From NCBI GenBank assembly GCA_030167145.1, contig CP126532.1, forward strand, positions 3,750,001-3,782,000: a DNA stretch of 32,000 nt. Reading direction: 5' to 3'. Source of the stretch: Ktedonobacterales bacterium (GTDB taxonomy: Bacteria > Chloroflexota > Ktedonobacteria > Ktedonobacterales > JADMIN01). A model generated the notes under the pieces. That model did no database searches and had not been told where the DNA came from. It was given only the letters and a program-made list of their open reading frames with translations. Every line of letters begins with the position of its first letter. The first letter of the stretch is position 1. The translations under genes were made by a program, and so were the position numbers. This document shows positions 16,690 to 25,619 of the stretch, in pieces.

Positions 16690-16845
16690 ACATCCAGGCG
16701 CTTTCCTTATGTGGATCACTGCACATGCAGTGGTGGATGCGAGTCGCTGAGTTGATGCCCTGCCGTATCGTGCGTCTTGAGCAGGCTATCATCGGGCTAT
16801 CATAGCGAGAACATGCGGGGTGGCAATGGGCAGGAGGTGGCAGGC

Positions 16846-18048
16846 ATGAGCGCCCTGGACCTATCAGTTGTGCTTCCCGTCTATAACGAGGAAGCGAACA
16901 TTGCGCGGCTGCACGCCGAGGTGAAGAGCGCGCTCGATGCGCTGGGCATGCGCTACGAAATCGTGTATGTGGACGATGGCAGCAAAGACCGCAGCTACGA
17001 GAAGTTGGCCGAGTTGGCCCAGGGCGATCCCAGTGTCTCGGTGATTCGCCTGCGCCGCAACTTTGGCCAGACCGCCGCTATCTCCGCTGGTATCGAACGC
17101 GCGGCTGGCGAGATCATCGTGCTGATGGACGCGGACTTGCAGAACGACCCACGTGACATCCAGCGCCTGCTCGACAAGATGAATGAGGGCTACGATGTGG
17201 TGAGCGGCTGGCGCAAACGCCGCAAAGATAAGTGGCTGACCCGCAAGCTGCCCTCGAAGATGGCGAACGGCCTGATCTCGCGGGTGACGGGCGTGCGCCT
17301 GCATGATTACGGCTGCACGCTGAAAGCCTATCGCCGTGAGGTGATGGAGTCGGTGCGCCTGTATGGCGAGATGCATCGCTTCATTCCAGTCTACGCGGAT
17401 TGGGCGGGCGGTCGCATCGCCGAGATTCCGGTGAACCATCGCAAGCGCGTCGCGGGCAAGTCGAAGTACGGGCTGCGCCGCATTCTGCGCGTGCCGCTGG
17501 ATCTGATCACGGTCAAGTTTCTGGGCACGTATTCCACGAAGCCGCTCTACATGTTTGGCTTTGTGGGCATGTTCCTGGTTCTGCTGGCCTTTGTTTCAGA
17601 GGGCGTGGCCATCACCGAGCGCTTCATACCGCCATACGTTCACCTCAATGCCAACCCGCTGACGCTGCTCGGCGCGATTCTTGTGGTGTTGGCGGTTCAG
17701 GTGGTGATGATGGGCCTTTTGGCCGAACTCATCATGCGGACTTATTATGAGTCGCAGAACAAGCCAACCTACATCATTCGCTCGGTCATCGTCGGCAATG
17801 CCAATGGCCCGCATCCGGTGATTGAGCTATCGCCACGGCCAGCCGGGCGCCGCCGCTATGACATCGGCTACGAAAGCGACGACCCCTATCTCGCATCGCT
17901 GCCGCATGCTGTGCCTGCGCCGGTGCCGCATCTGGAGCGCCAGCCGCAGGGATCGCCGAGCGAGCAGATTCTCGCTGCATCGGAGCCGATCCCAGGGATT
18001 ATCCCGACGGTTGTCCCGGCGGCCACCCCAGCCGACGCTCAACTCTGA
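16846..18048 (+). CDS. GT2-family polyprenol-phosphate glycosyltransferase (Dpm1/ArnC/GtrB-like) with two C-terminal TM helices and a Pro-rich tail
   Basis: I prefer the ATG at 16846 (MSALDLSVVLPVYNEEANI) with a GGAGGT SD 7 nt upstream, rather than the track start at 16777. Motifs YEIVYVDDGSKD and VLMDADLQNDP (DXD). Two hydrophobic helices follow the catalytic domain, as in GtrB/ArnC. The last 90 aa or so are low complexity. Confidence 0.88.
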   Translation: MSALDLSVVLPVYNEEANIARLHAEVKSALDALGMRYEIVYVDDGSKDRSYEKLAELAQGDPSVSVIRLRRNFGQTAAISAGIERAAGEIIVLMDADLQNDPRDIQRLLDKMNEGYDVVSGWRKRRKDKWLTRKLPSKMANGLISRVTGVRLHDYGCTLKAYRREVMESVRLYGEMHRFIPVYADWAGGRIAEIPVNHRKRVAGKSKYGLRRILRVPLDLITVKFLGTYSTKPLYMFGFVGMFLVLLAFVSEGVAITERFIPPYVHLNANPLTLLGAILVVLAVQVVMMGLLAELIMRTYYESQNKPTYIIRSVIVGNANGPHPVIELSPRPAGRRRYDIGYESDDPYLASLPHAVPAPVPHLERQPQGSPSEQILAASEPIPGIIPTVVPAATPADAQL

Positions 18049-18107
18049 GCGGGCGCGGCGCGTAAGATCACGCTAAGACGAGTCGTGGAAGAAAGTACGC
18101 ATATTTG

Positions 18108-18125
18108 CGCGGAACGAGTTCCGCG
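18108..18125 (+). terminator. Hairpin downstream of the GT2 gene (weak terminator or attenuator candidate)
   Basis: CGCGGAA (18108-18114), loop CGAG, then TTCCGCG (18119-18125), followed by TTCGTC. The T-tract is poor. Confidence 0.3.
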
Positions 18126-18197
18126 TTCGTCAAAGAACACAAGAGTCACCCTGTCCGGGCGTCATGAGCGACGCCATATCAAGGAGAGTATGAAATC

Positions 18198-19169
18198 ATG
18201 CGCTGTCTGGTGACGGGGGTCGCGGGCTTCGTGGGAAGCCATCTGGCGGAACGGCTGATCGCCGATGGGCACGATGTGCTGGGCGTAGACTGCTTCCTCG
18301 ACTATTATCCACGCGCGCTCAAAGAGGCCAACATCGCGGCGCTCCGGCGCTCGCCGCGCTTCCAGTTCATCGAAGCCGACCTGAACGCGAATCCGCTCGA
18401 TGAGCTGCTCTACGATATGGAGTGGGTGTTTCATCAGGCGGCGCAGGCTGGTGTGCGGGCAAGCTGGGGCACGAGCTTCGACATCTATACCGCCTCGAAC
18501 ATCAGCGCTACCCAGCGTCTGCTCGAAGCCGCGCTTACCGCGCCCAAATTGGCGCGTATCGTGTATGCCTCGTCGTCGTCGGTCTATGGCAATGCGGATG
18601 TGCTGCCGGTCACCGAGCAAACGCTCACGCGGCCGGTCTCGCCGTATGGGGTGAGTAAGCTTGCTGGCGAGCATCTCTGCGCGCTGTACTGGCAAAGCTA
18701 TCGTGTGCCGACTGTCGCGTTGCGCTACTTCACGGTGTACGGCCCGCGCCAGCGGCCAGATATGGCGTTCCACCGCTTCGGCAAGGCGATTCTCACTGGC
18801 GAGCCGATCACCGTCTACGGCGACGCCGCGCAGACGCGCGACTTCACCTACATTAGTGATGTGGTCGAGGCGAACATCCGCGCGGCCCAGACGCCTGATG
18901 TGGAGGGCATGGTCTTCAACATTGCTGGTGGCTCGCGGGTGGTGCTGCGTGAAGTGATCGAGACGCTGGCCACGCTTGCGGGCCGCGAGGCGCAGATAGA
19001 CTATCAGGAGACGGCGCGCGGCGATGTCCGCGATACCAGCGCCGACATCGCCCTGGCCCAGCGGCTGCTCGGCTATGCGCCGCAGGTGGCGCTGCGCGAC
19101 GGGTTGGAGCAGGAGTTGCGCTACCTTGAAGCGCTGTATCTCGCGCCTGTCCCCACGCCGGCGACATGA
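18198..19169 (+). CDS. NAD-dependent nucleotide-sugar epimerase/dehydratase (extended SDR; UDP-glucuronate or UDP-hexose 4-epimerase-like)
   Basis: 323 aa. Rossmann motif VTGVAGFVGSHL, catalytic YGVSKLAGE (YxxxK), and RYFTVYGPRQRPDMA, which is typical of this clade. AAGGAGAG SD lies 9 nt upstream. Confidence 0.9.
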   Translation: MRCLVTGVAGFVGSHLAERLIADGHDVLGVDCFLDYYPRALKEANIAALRRSPRFQFIEADLNANPLDELLYDMEWVFHQAAQAGVRASWGTSFDIYTASNISATQRLLEAALTAPKLARIVYASSSSVYGNADVLPVTEQTLTRPVSPYGVSKLAGEHLCALYWQSYRVPTVALRYFTVYGPRQRPDMAFHRFGKAILTGEPITVYGDAAQTRDFTYISDVVEANIRAAQTPDVEGMVFNIAGGSRVVLREVIETLATLAGREAQIDYQETARGDVRDTSADIALAQRLLGYAPQVALRDGLEQELRYLEALYLAPVPTPAT

Positions 19170-19556
19170 GGGAGCAGACGCATACCGCCGGAGGCCGCTG
19201 GTGGAGCGCCAGCGCGCTGGGCGGAGAAACGGTGATAGACTGATATCAAGGTCTGCCGGGCCGCTGTGGTGACGCGGTGCGCGTTTAGTAGGGGCGCAAT
19301 GGCGGCGACGGCGGACGCAGATGTCCAGCCTTTGTTCGATGTGGATGTAGTGTGTGGGAATAGGGAAAATGCTATGCGGCGCCGGAAAACAGTGATCTGC
19401 CGGTACAGATGTTGTGTCAATGCCGCAGTCTTGGTGGCCCTTTAGCCCCCTGTTTGACACCTTCCCGTGTATTCCTCGTTATAAACAAATGCCAGACCGT
19501 GCTGACTTCCCGTTCGCATGCTAAGACGACGAGAGCCAGATAGAGGAGGTTCCACC

Positions 19557-20756
19557 GTGACCGGTGAGCGCGACCAGACATCATCTCACTTCATCAACAA
19601 TTCCAGCCAGTATGTTCCGATGGATACGGTTACGACCCGGCGGGAGAACATTCCTGACGATTCGTTTCCTGATGACGGCGATCAGCCAACGCAGCAATTT
19701 CCGCGTTTTCGTCCGCAGGTTTCCTTGCCGCGCAGCCGTCGCGGCTTGCTGACACTTGGCGGCGTCATCTTCGCGCTGTTGCTGGTGGGGGTGCTTGTCG
19801 TGCCGAGGGTGCTGGGCAAGAAGACGCCGCACGTCACGCTCTACACGGTGCATACACAGCAACTTTCGGCGTATGTGGGTGGGGGCGGCCTCACATTTCC
19901 CAACCAGCAACTGAATATCGTCTTTCCCATCACCGCGCAGGTAGTGAAGGTGGACGTGCAGGTTGGGCAGAGTGTCAAGGTGGGCCAGGCGCTCGTCACC
20001 ATGGATAGCGCCGACCTCGACCGCCAACTCGCGCTGGCCTATTCGAGCTGGCAGAACGCGCAGAATTATGCCAACTCCGTCGCGGGGACCACGCAATACA
20101 ACTCTGCTATCACCCAGGCGGCCAACGCCAAAGCGGCCTATGACGCGCTCAACGCTTTCGTCAATTCGCCCACGTATCGCCATGGCAATCTGGTCGCGCC
20201 GTTCGCTGGTGTGGTGACGGCGCTGGGTGTGACGTCGAACTCTATCGCCAATGCTGGGGTGACGCTGGTCACGCTTCAGGATATCAGCAGCATGATCGTA
20301 CATGCGCAGTTCCCGCTGGAACAACGCAGCGCCGTAACGCTGGGCCAGACGGTAGAGGTGGACCCCGCCGCCACGCCCGATCAAAAGTTCAATGGCACTG
20401 TCAGTAACATTAATCCGGTGCTGACCAGTCCCGGCAGCGATACGTTTGAGGTCTGGATTACCGTGCCGAATCCCAACCAGTTGCTCTTCACCAGCGAAAG
20501 CGTGTACGCACGTGTGCTGACGCAGCAGAGTATGCCGGTGGTGCCGCAGCTTGCCGTCGTCAATCCTGACGCGGACTCCATTGTCTTCGTCTACTCCGGC
20601 GGCAAGGCGCACCTGCGCCATGTGGTCGTCGGCCCACGCAACGGCGACCAGTTCGGCATCGTGAATGGGCTGCAAGACGGCGATCAGGTGATCCTGATTG
20701 GTCAGTTCAACCTGAGCGATAACGAGCCGGTGGTTGTCTCGCGGGTGGAACAGTGA
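19557..20756 (+). CDS. HlyD/membrane-fusion-protein (periplasmic adaptor) family protein with an N-terminal TM anchor
   Basis: ORF 19518..20756. I prefer the GTG at 19557, 7 nt after GAGGAGG. TM segment GLLTLGGVIFALLLVGVLVV. Lipoyl-like hairpin halves VKVDVQVGQSVKVGQALVTMD and LVAPFAGVVTALGV flank a helical insert, followed by beta-barrel-like segments. Confidence 0.75.
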   Translation: MTGERDQTSSHFINNSSQYVPMDTVTTRRENIPDDSFPDDGDQPTQQFPRFRPQVSLPRSRRGLLTLGGVIFALLLVGVLVVPRVLGKKTPHVTLYTVHTQQLSAYVGGGGLTFPNQQLNIVFPITAQVVKVDVQVGQSVKVGQALVTMDSADLDRQLALAYSSWQNAQNYANSVAGTTQYNSAITQAANAKAAYDALNAFVNSPTYRHGNLVAPFAGVVTALGVTSNSIANAGVTLVTLQDISSMIVHAQFPLEQRSAVTLGQTVEVDPAATPDQKFNGTVSNINPVLTSPGSDTFEVWITVPNPNQLLFTSESVYARVLTQQSMPVVPQLAVVNPDADSIVFVYSGGKAHLRHVVVGPRNGDQFGIVNGLQDGDQVILIGQFNLSDNEPVVVSRVEQ

Positions 20757-22282
20757 GCGTAGCCCGCTGGAGGAGGGACCATCCAATGGCTGGCTCTACA
20801 TCCGATACGCGACCCAACGCCGGAGCGACTGGCGCGCCGCTGCCGCTGTTCTCGCCCGCTCTGCAGGAACGGCTCTGGTACTACGGCAAGCGCCTCTCTG
20901 GGTTCTTGCTGCGCGGCGGCATGATCTGGGCGATGCTCAGCATTCTTGGGTTGTTTGCCGCTTCCTATTCCCCCTGGATGGCGGTACCATTGATCCAGGT
21001 GTATCGCGGGTGGGATATTCCGATCAACCTGGGCTGGGGCGGTGTCATCCCGGCGATCAACTACGGCTCAGTATCGCTGGCGCTTGGCCTGGTCTTCCTG
21101 GTGCGCGCGGCGCTGGTCCCCTGGAAGCCGCTACGTCGGGGTTCTTTCGTGGTGATGGGCCTCGCCAGCTTTGGCGTGTTCGGCCTTTTTCTCTTCCAGT
21201 TCCTCTACGTTGACTTTCAATTTGTGTACCAGCTCTGGGAGCGTGAGAGCCGCTACCTCGTCATCAACAATCTGCTCGGCTACTCGATGCCTGCGCAGTA
21301 CTTCGCCTGGAATCCGTTCAGCTTCGACATGAACGGCGTCGGCGATCGCTGGAACCTCTTCCGCCAGCTTATCAATCCAGGCACATTGCTGCCGCTGGTG
21401 GCGGCGCTGTTGTGTTTCTTCGGCGCGGTGTTTGCGCCTACCAAGGCGGCGCTTCCGCAACGCGCGCTGATGCAGTATCCACGCTTCATCGAACGCCACC
21501 GGACGGCGTGGCGGCGCGGACTGGTGGGTGCGGCTATCGTGCTCGGCGCGCTGATTCTGGCGCGGCCCATCGTGGCGGTGCGGCTCTATTTCGATGCCCA
21601 ATCGGCCATCAAGGCGGGGAATTACCAGCCGGCGCTGGTGAATCTGAAGCGTGCGCGGCAGTTGTTGCCCACGCTCGACGCGCTCCCGGAATTCCACCAG
21701 TATCGTGGTGAGGCGCTGTATCAGCTTGGCCAGACACAGAACCTGGATGCGGGGCTGTATCTCGCCGCGCAGTACCGGGATTCTACCTCGTTGCAACAGG
21801 CGCTGCAAGAAGATAACATGCTGTATCAACGCTTCCCGAATTCGACGCTGGTGCGGCAAGACCTGGCGCTGACCCTGGAAATGCTCGCCAATCTCTACAC
21901 CAGTGTCAAGCTGCTGATTCCCGACAACGAGGCGCTGGCCACACAGCCGCAGCTTGCCGCGACGATCCAGATCCCGGCGACGGCCCTGCCCTGGCTGAAT
22001 CAATTGATCCAGATCGAGCCAGATAACGTGTACGGCTACTATCTGCGCGGGCGCATCCTCTTCTCGCAGCAGTCGTATGAGAATTCCGCTCACGACTTCG
22101 CCGAGGTCGTCAATCTCTCACACGACAAGGAAATGAAGTCCAGCGCCTATACGTACTGGGCATTCTGCGATGTCGGACGCAACAACATCGAAGGGGCACG
22201 CGCCCTGCTCTTCACAGCGGAGAAATTGGACGATGGCTACTTTAACACGACCGCCCGAGAAGCGCTCTCCGGCCTCCACTAG
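20753..22282 (+). CDS. Membrane protein (about 5 TM helices) with a C-terminal TPR-like helical-repeat domain
   Basis: The GTG start at 20753 overlaps the adaptor stop (GTGA) and GGTGGA lies 4 nt upstream, implying translational coupling. Hydrophobic helices fill the first 270 aa or so. The C-terminal half has TPR-like strings (YRGEALYQLGQ, YYLRGRILFSQQSYENSAHDFAEVVNL). Confidence 0.65.
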   Translation: MSVARWRRDHPMAGSTSDTRPNAGATGAPLPLFSPALQERLWYYGKRLSGFLLRGGMIWAMLSILGLFAASYSPWMAVPLIQVYRGWDIPINLGWGGVIPAINYGSVSLALGLVFLVRAALVPWKPLRRGSFVVMGLASFGVFGLFLFQFLYVDFQFVYQLWERESRYLVINNLLGYSMPAQYFAWNPFSFDMNGVGDRWNLFRQLINPGTLLPLVAALLCFFGAVFAPTKAALPQRALMQYPRFIERHRTAWRRGLVGAAIVLGALILARPIVAVRLYFDAQSAIKAGNYQPALVNLKRARQLLPTLDALPEFHQYRGEALYQLGQTQNLDAGLYLAAQYRDSTSLQQALQEDNMLYQRFPNSTLVRQDLALTLEMLANLYTSVKLLIPDNEALATQPQLAATIQIPATALPWLNQLIQIEPDNVYGYYLRGRILFSQQSYENSAHDFAEVVNLSHDKEMKSSAYTYWAFCDVGRNNIEGARALLFTAEKLDDGYFNTTAREALSGLH

Positions 22283-25200
22283 CACCGTGCCGCGCACACG
22301 TCCAGCGCAGGTCGCTCTGGATACGCTTCGCCGTGTCCGCTGGGTCTCGTGGCTGCTGCTGGCCGTCGCCTTCTTTGGCTTCAGTTACTTCGCCATCCAA
22401 TCGCTGCTGGTGCCCCAGGAACACGACTATCATGGCAACTGGCATGGCGCGCAGTGGATCACCGCGACCAACATGCATGATGGCATGGGGGCTGTGGTGT
22501 ATTTCCGCAAATCCATTACCCTGGAAGCTGCCCCAGACAATGCCTTTCTCACCATCCAAGGTTATCAGACCTATAGCCTCTACGTGAATGGGGCTTCGAT
22601 TGATAACACGGTCGGCGAGTTCAAGAAGGGCATTGTCTACGACACGAACCTGTACGACATCTCGCCTTTCTTACAAGCTGGCGACAATGTCATCGCCATT
22701 CGCGTCGCCAATAGCGACGAGAATTATTCCGCTGTGCGCGCTGTCATCGGCATGACGACCGCTGGGCATCTCGATGTCTACCCCTCCGACGCCACCTGGC
22801 TTGCGACGGCCGATTCGGCGCTGATGAATCCGATCATTGGCTCGGGGTCGCCCAACTGGAACAGCGCGGTTTTCAATGATACCGCCTGGCATAGCGCGAG
22901 CATCGTCAACAATCTGCCGATCCAAGACGGCCTCATGCCGTTCGACCCCAGTACCTTCGAGACGCCACTGCCCACGAACTGGCTGATCGCTGGAACCTCT
23001 AACGACGCCTATTACTATCGTGTGGTGAACCTGACCGAATTCAATGCCGCCTGGCTACGCATCGCCTCGACTGGTGACGCTACGGTGTACGTCAACGGGC
23101 AGGAAATCCTGGATCAACCTCCGGTCATCCCGAAGGACCAGACTGGCACGGCTCCGCCTTCCAAGGTGAACTACACCACAGGCGTCTACCGCATTGCGCC
23201 GTACCTGCACACCGGCACGAACACCATTGCGATTCATGTCGCCTCGGTTCCGCAACTGCTTGGCAATCAATGGGTAAATCCGCTGTCGCCGCCGACGGCG
23301 CAATCGTTGCCTGCCGCGATGATGATGGACATGTTGCTGACGAACAATGGCGCGCTCGTGCAGCATGTGGTCGCCGACACGACCTGGCGCGCCACCGCCA
23401 CTGCGACGCAAGGTTGGGTTACGGGCGCGGGCACTGGCGCATGGCCGCTCGCCACGCCGCTCGATGGCTCGGTGATCAGCAATGTCGCGTTCTACAAGAT
23501 TCCCGCCTCTGATTTGCCCGATACTCCCGACGCAGGCAGCCAGTATAATCGGTATCGCGAGGTCAGTTTCACGTCGCAGACGATTCTGGTCTTCTGGGTG
23601 CTGCTCGCCTTTCTCATTTTCATGGGACTCGGCATCGCCATCCAATGCTATCGCAACTGGCGTAGCGAGACGGTAGCCGCCGCCATTGGACGGATGGCGC
23701 TGGTGCTCTCGCCGACCCTTGCGCTGATGTTCATGTTCTATGTCATCGGCCTCGATCCCATTGTGCCGAATCCGTTCCCCTATTCGCCGATCTGGCTTGC
23801 TTTGCTTGCCGGCTTTACGTTGGCCACTGCCATCGTGATCTTCGCGCTCTCGCGCATCAGCTTCTTCCAGAATGAGACCGAGGCGGCGCGCACGCTGCTC
23901 AGACGCTTGACGCGCCGCCTGCCTGGGCGACCCGCGCCGGGGACGCTGTTTGCCTGGCTCTGCGCCGTTGCTATCGCTGCCCTGGGTTTCTATGTCATCT
24001 CCTATAACATTGGCTATGAATCCTACTGGCAGGATGAACTGGCCAGCATCTCTGCGGCTATGGGCGTGGCTCAGCACGGCATCCCCACCTGGTCTACGGG
24101 CTTCCTGTATACGAAGGCTGAGTTGTTCTCGTATGTGCTGGCCTTCTTCATCAAATTCTTTGGCACGGATCCTACCGTTCTGCGCATGGTCAGTTGCGTC
24201 GAGTTCGTCATCACGCTGGTGCTGGTCTTTGCTATCGGCAAGTATTTCCTGGGCAAGCGCGCGGGGCTGATCGCGATGGCGCTGATGCTGTTCTCGCCGC
24301 TGATGCTCTGGTGGGCACGTCAGGCGCGCATGTATCAGCAGGCGCAGATGTTCGCCTTGCTGACCATCTACTTTTTCTATCGCGCCGTCCAGCCGAAGGC
24401 AAAGCCGCACTATATCTACCTTGCCATGGCCTCCGCCGTGGCGATGTATCTCAGCCACGAGTTGACGTTCATCGTGCTGGCGCCGATGTTGGTGTACTTC
24501 CTCTGGACGCAGCGGCTTACCTGGATTCGCAATCGCCACTGGTGGATCGCGGGCCTCTCGGCCATCGCCTGCATCGCCGTGCAGCTTGCCGCGTGGCGTC
24601 TCACGCGCCGCCCGGTCCTCGGCACCGACCATAGCGTGTTGCCGCTGATTCACTTCAGCCCCAACAGCCTACGCTACTACTCGCGGCTGCTCTTCTCGAC
24701 CAATGGCGTGTATAGCGGCTCGCTGGTCAATTTCGCGACGCTCACCTGGCTGTGTATCATCGGCGCGCTGATTGGTGTCGTCACCCATCACAAGCAACTG
24801 CGCTACCTCGCGCTGTTCCAGTTTGGCTCACTGGCGGTGCTGTTCTTCTTTCTCTCGGTTCTCAACGACCGCTATCTCGTGCCGACGCTGCCGCTCTTTG
24901 CGTTTCTCGCGGCGGGCGCTGTCGTTTGGTTCGCCGATGCGGTTGGGCGTCTTGCCAGAGATCGCTTGCGCCCTACCGCCGCGCAGGCGCTTTCCTCGGC
25001 GGTGATGCTGCTCTTTGCTGTGGCGGTCATCGTGAGTATGATCCCATCGCCGGCTGGTGTGTCGCTGGCGGTGAGCCGCGCCTTCGGTATGCCGTATCAC
25101 AAAGTCAAGCCGGACTATCGTTCGGCCGGGGAATATGTGCTGGCCCACTGGCAGCCCGGCGACGCCTTGATCGGCCTGGCGCCTATCGGTGACGTGGATT

Positions 25201-25475
25201 TCTACTCGCAGAATCCTGACTACAAGCTCTATCAGGATAAGGTGCTCACCATCTTCGAGTACCAGGGCCATGTCAGTGACAACCGCAGCTACGACATTGA
25301 GCTTTTCAACGAGAAGGACTTCGATCAAGTCTTGCTCAAATATCATCGCGTGTGGATCTTCGCCGCGTCGGGCTATACATGTTGCGTTGGCAACTCCGGT
25401 ATCACACCGATTACCCAGAATTTCAGGCTCGTTTTCGAAGGTCAAGGCACGTTCATCTACCTGCATACTGGATGA
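22233..25475 (+). CDS. GT-C fold glycosyltransferase (ArnT/PMT_2, GT39/GT83-like) fused to an N-terminal TM anchor and two tandem galactose-binding-like beta-sandwich modules
   Basis: ORF 22170..25475. Candidate starts are ATG 22233 (GGAGAA upstream; 50-nt overlap with the previous gene) and GTG 22287 (5 nt after the previous stop). Module 1 reads YFRKSITL...LTIQGYQTYSLYVNG...FLQAGDNVIAIRVAN...FNDTAWHSA. Module 2 reads YYYRVVNL...LRIASTGDATVYVNG...LHTGTNTIAIHVAS. The GT-C core starts near nt 23940, with the first-loop acidic motif in YESYWQDELASI and a multi-helix stretch (LVFAIGKYFLGKRAGLIAMALMLFSPLMLWWARQARMY). Confidence 0.8.
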   Translation: MATLTRPPEKRSPASTSTVPRTRPAQVALDTLRRVRWVSWLLLAVAFFGFSYFAIQSLLVPQEHDYHGNWHGAQWITATNMHDGMGAVVYFRKSITLEAAPDNAFLTIQGYQTYSLYVNGASIDNTVGEFKKGIVYDTNLYDISPFLQAGDNVIAIRVANSDENYSAVRAVIGMTTAGHLDVYPSDATWLATADSALMNPIIGSGSPNWNSAVFNDTAWHSASIVNNLPIQDGLMPFDPSTFETPLPTNWLIAGTSNDAYYYRVVNLTEFNAAWLRIASTGDATVYVNGQEILDQPPVIPKDQTGTAPPSKVNYTTGVYRIAPYLHTGTNTIAIHVASVPQLLGNQWVNPLSPPTAQSLPAAMMMDMLLTNNGALVQHVVADTTWRATATATQGWVTGAGTGAWPLATPLDGSVISNVAFYKIPASDLPDTPDAGSQYNRYREVSFTSQTILVFWVLLAFLIFMGLGIAIQCYRNWRSETVAAAIGRMALVLSPTLALMFMFYVIGLDPIVPNPFPYSPIWLALLAGFTLATAIVIFALSRISFFQNETEAARTLLRRLTRRLPGRPAPGTLFAWLCAVAIAALGFYVISYNIGYESYWQDELASISAAMGVAQHGIPTWSTGFLYTKAELFSYVLAFFIKFFGTDPTVLRMVSCVEFVITLVLVFAIGKYFLGKRAGLIAMALMLFSPLMLWWARQARMYQQAQMFALLTIYFFYRAVQPKAKPHYIYLAMASAVAMYLSHELTFIVLAPMLVYFLWTQRLTWIRNRHWWIAGLSAIACIAVQLAAWRLTRRPVLGTDHSVLPLIHFSPNSLRYYSRLLFSTNGVYSGSLVNFATLTWLCIIGALIGVVTHHKQLRYLALFQFGSLAVLFFFLSVLNDRYLVPTLPLFAFLAAGAVVWFADAVGRLARDRLRPTAAQALSSAVMLLFAVAVIVSMIPSPAGVSLAVSRAFGMPYHKVKPDYRSAGEYVLAHWQPGDALIGLAPIGDVDFYSQNPDYKLYQDKVLTIFEYQGHVSDNRSYDIELFNEKDFDQVLLKYHRVWIFAASGYTCCVGNSGITPITQNFRLVFEGQGTFIYLHTG

Positions 25476-25619
25476 CCTGTACTGGGTGGCGCCCTCTGGG
25501 GCCGAGTGGGCGCGCCACGTGGACATCTCGTTCGTTCTCTACAAATAGATCGGTGTTGCGCGCGGCATGGTTCGCGCGCAACCAGCAGGCTGGCCACAGG
25601 CAAAGGTAGGTTGAGGCCC

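Noticed and set aside
16566-16805. 79-aa plus-strand ORF and a 13-aa mini-ORF (ATG at 16708) upstream of the GT2 gene
   Set aside because: The nearest SD-like GGAGGAG is about 25 nt from the mini-ORF start, which is too far. The 79-aa ORF spans the hairpin and repeat region and has no supporting signal.
18162-19460. 432-aa minus-strand ORF opposite the epimerase
   Set aside because: Arg-rich antisense ORF. The plus-strand gene has Rossmann and YxxxK motifs and a good SD.
19581-20786. 401-aa minus-strand ORF opposite the HlyD-like gene
   Set aside because: Arg/His-rich antisense ORF with no recognisable domain.
23055-24653. 532-aa antisense ORF inside the GT-C gene
   Set aside because: Same antisense signature (very Arg/His/Asp/Gln-rich). 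The sense frame carries recognisable GT-C and beta-sandwich motifs.
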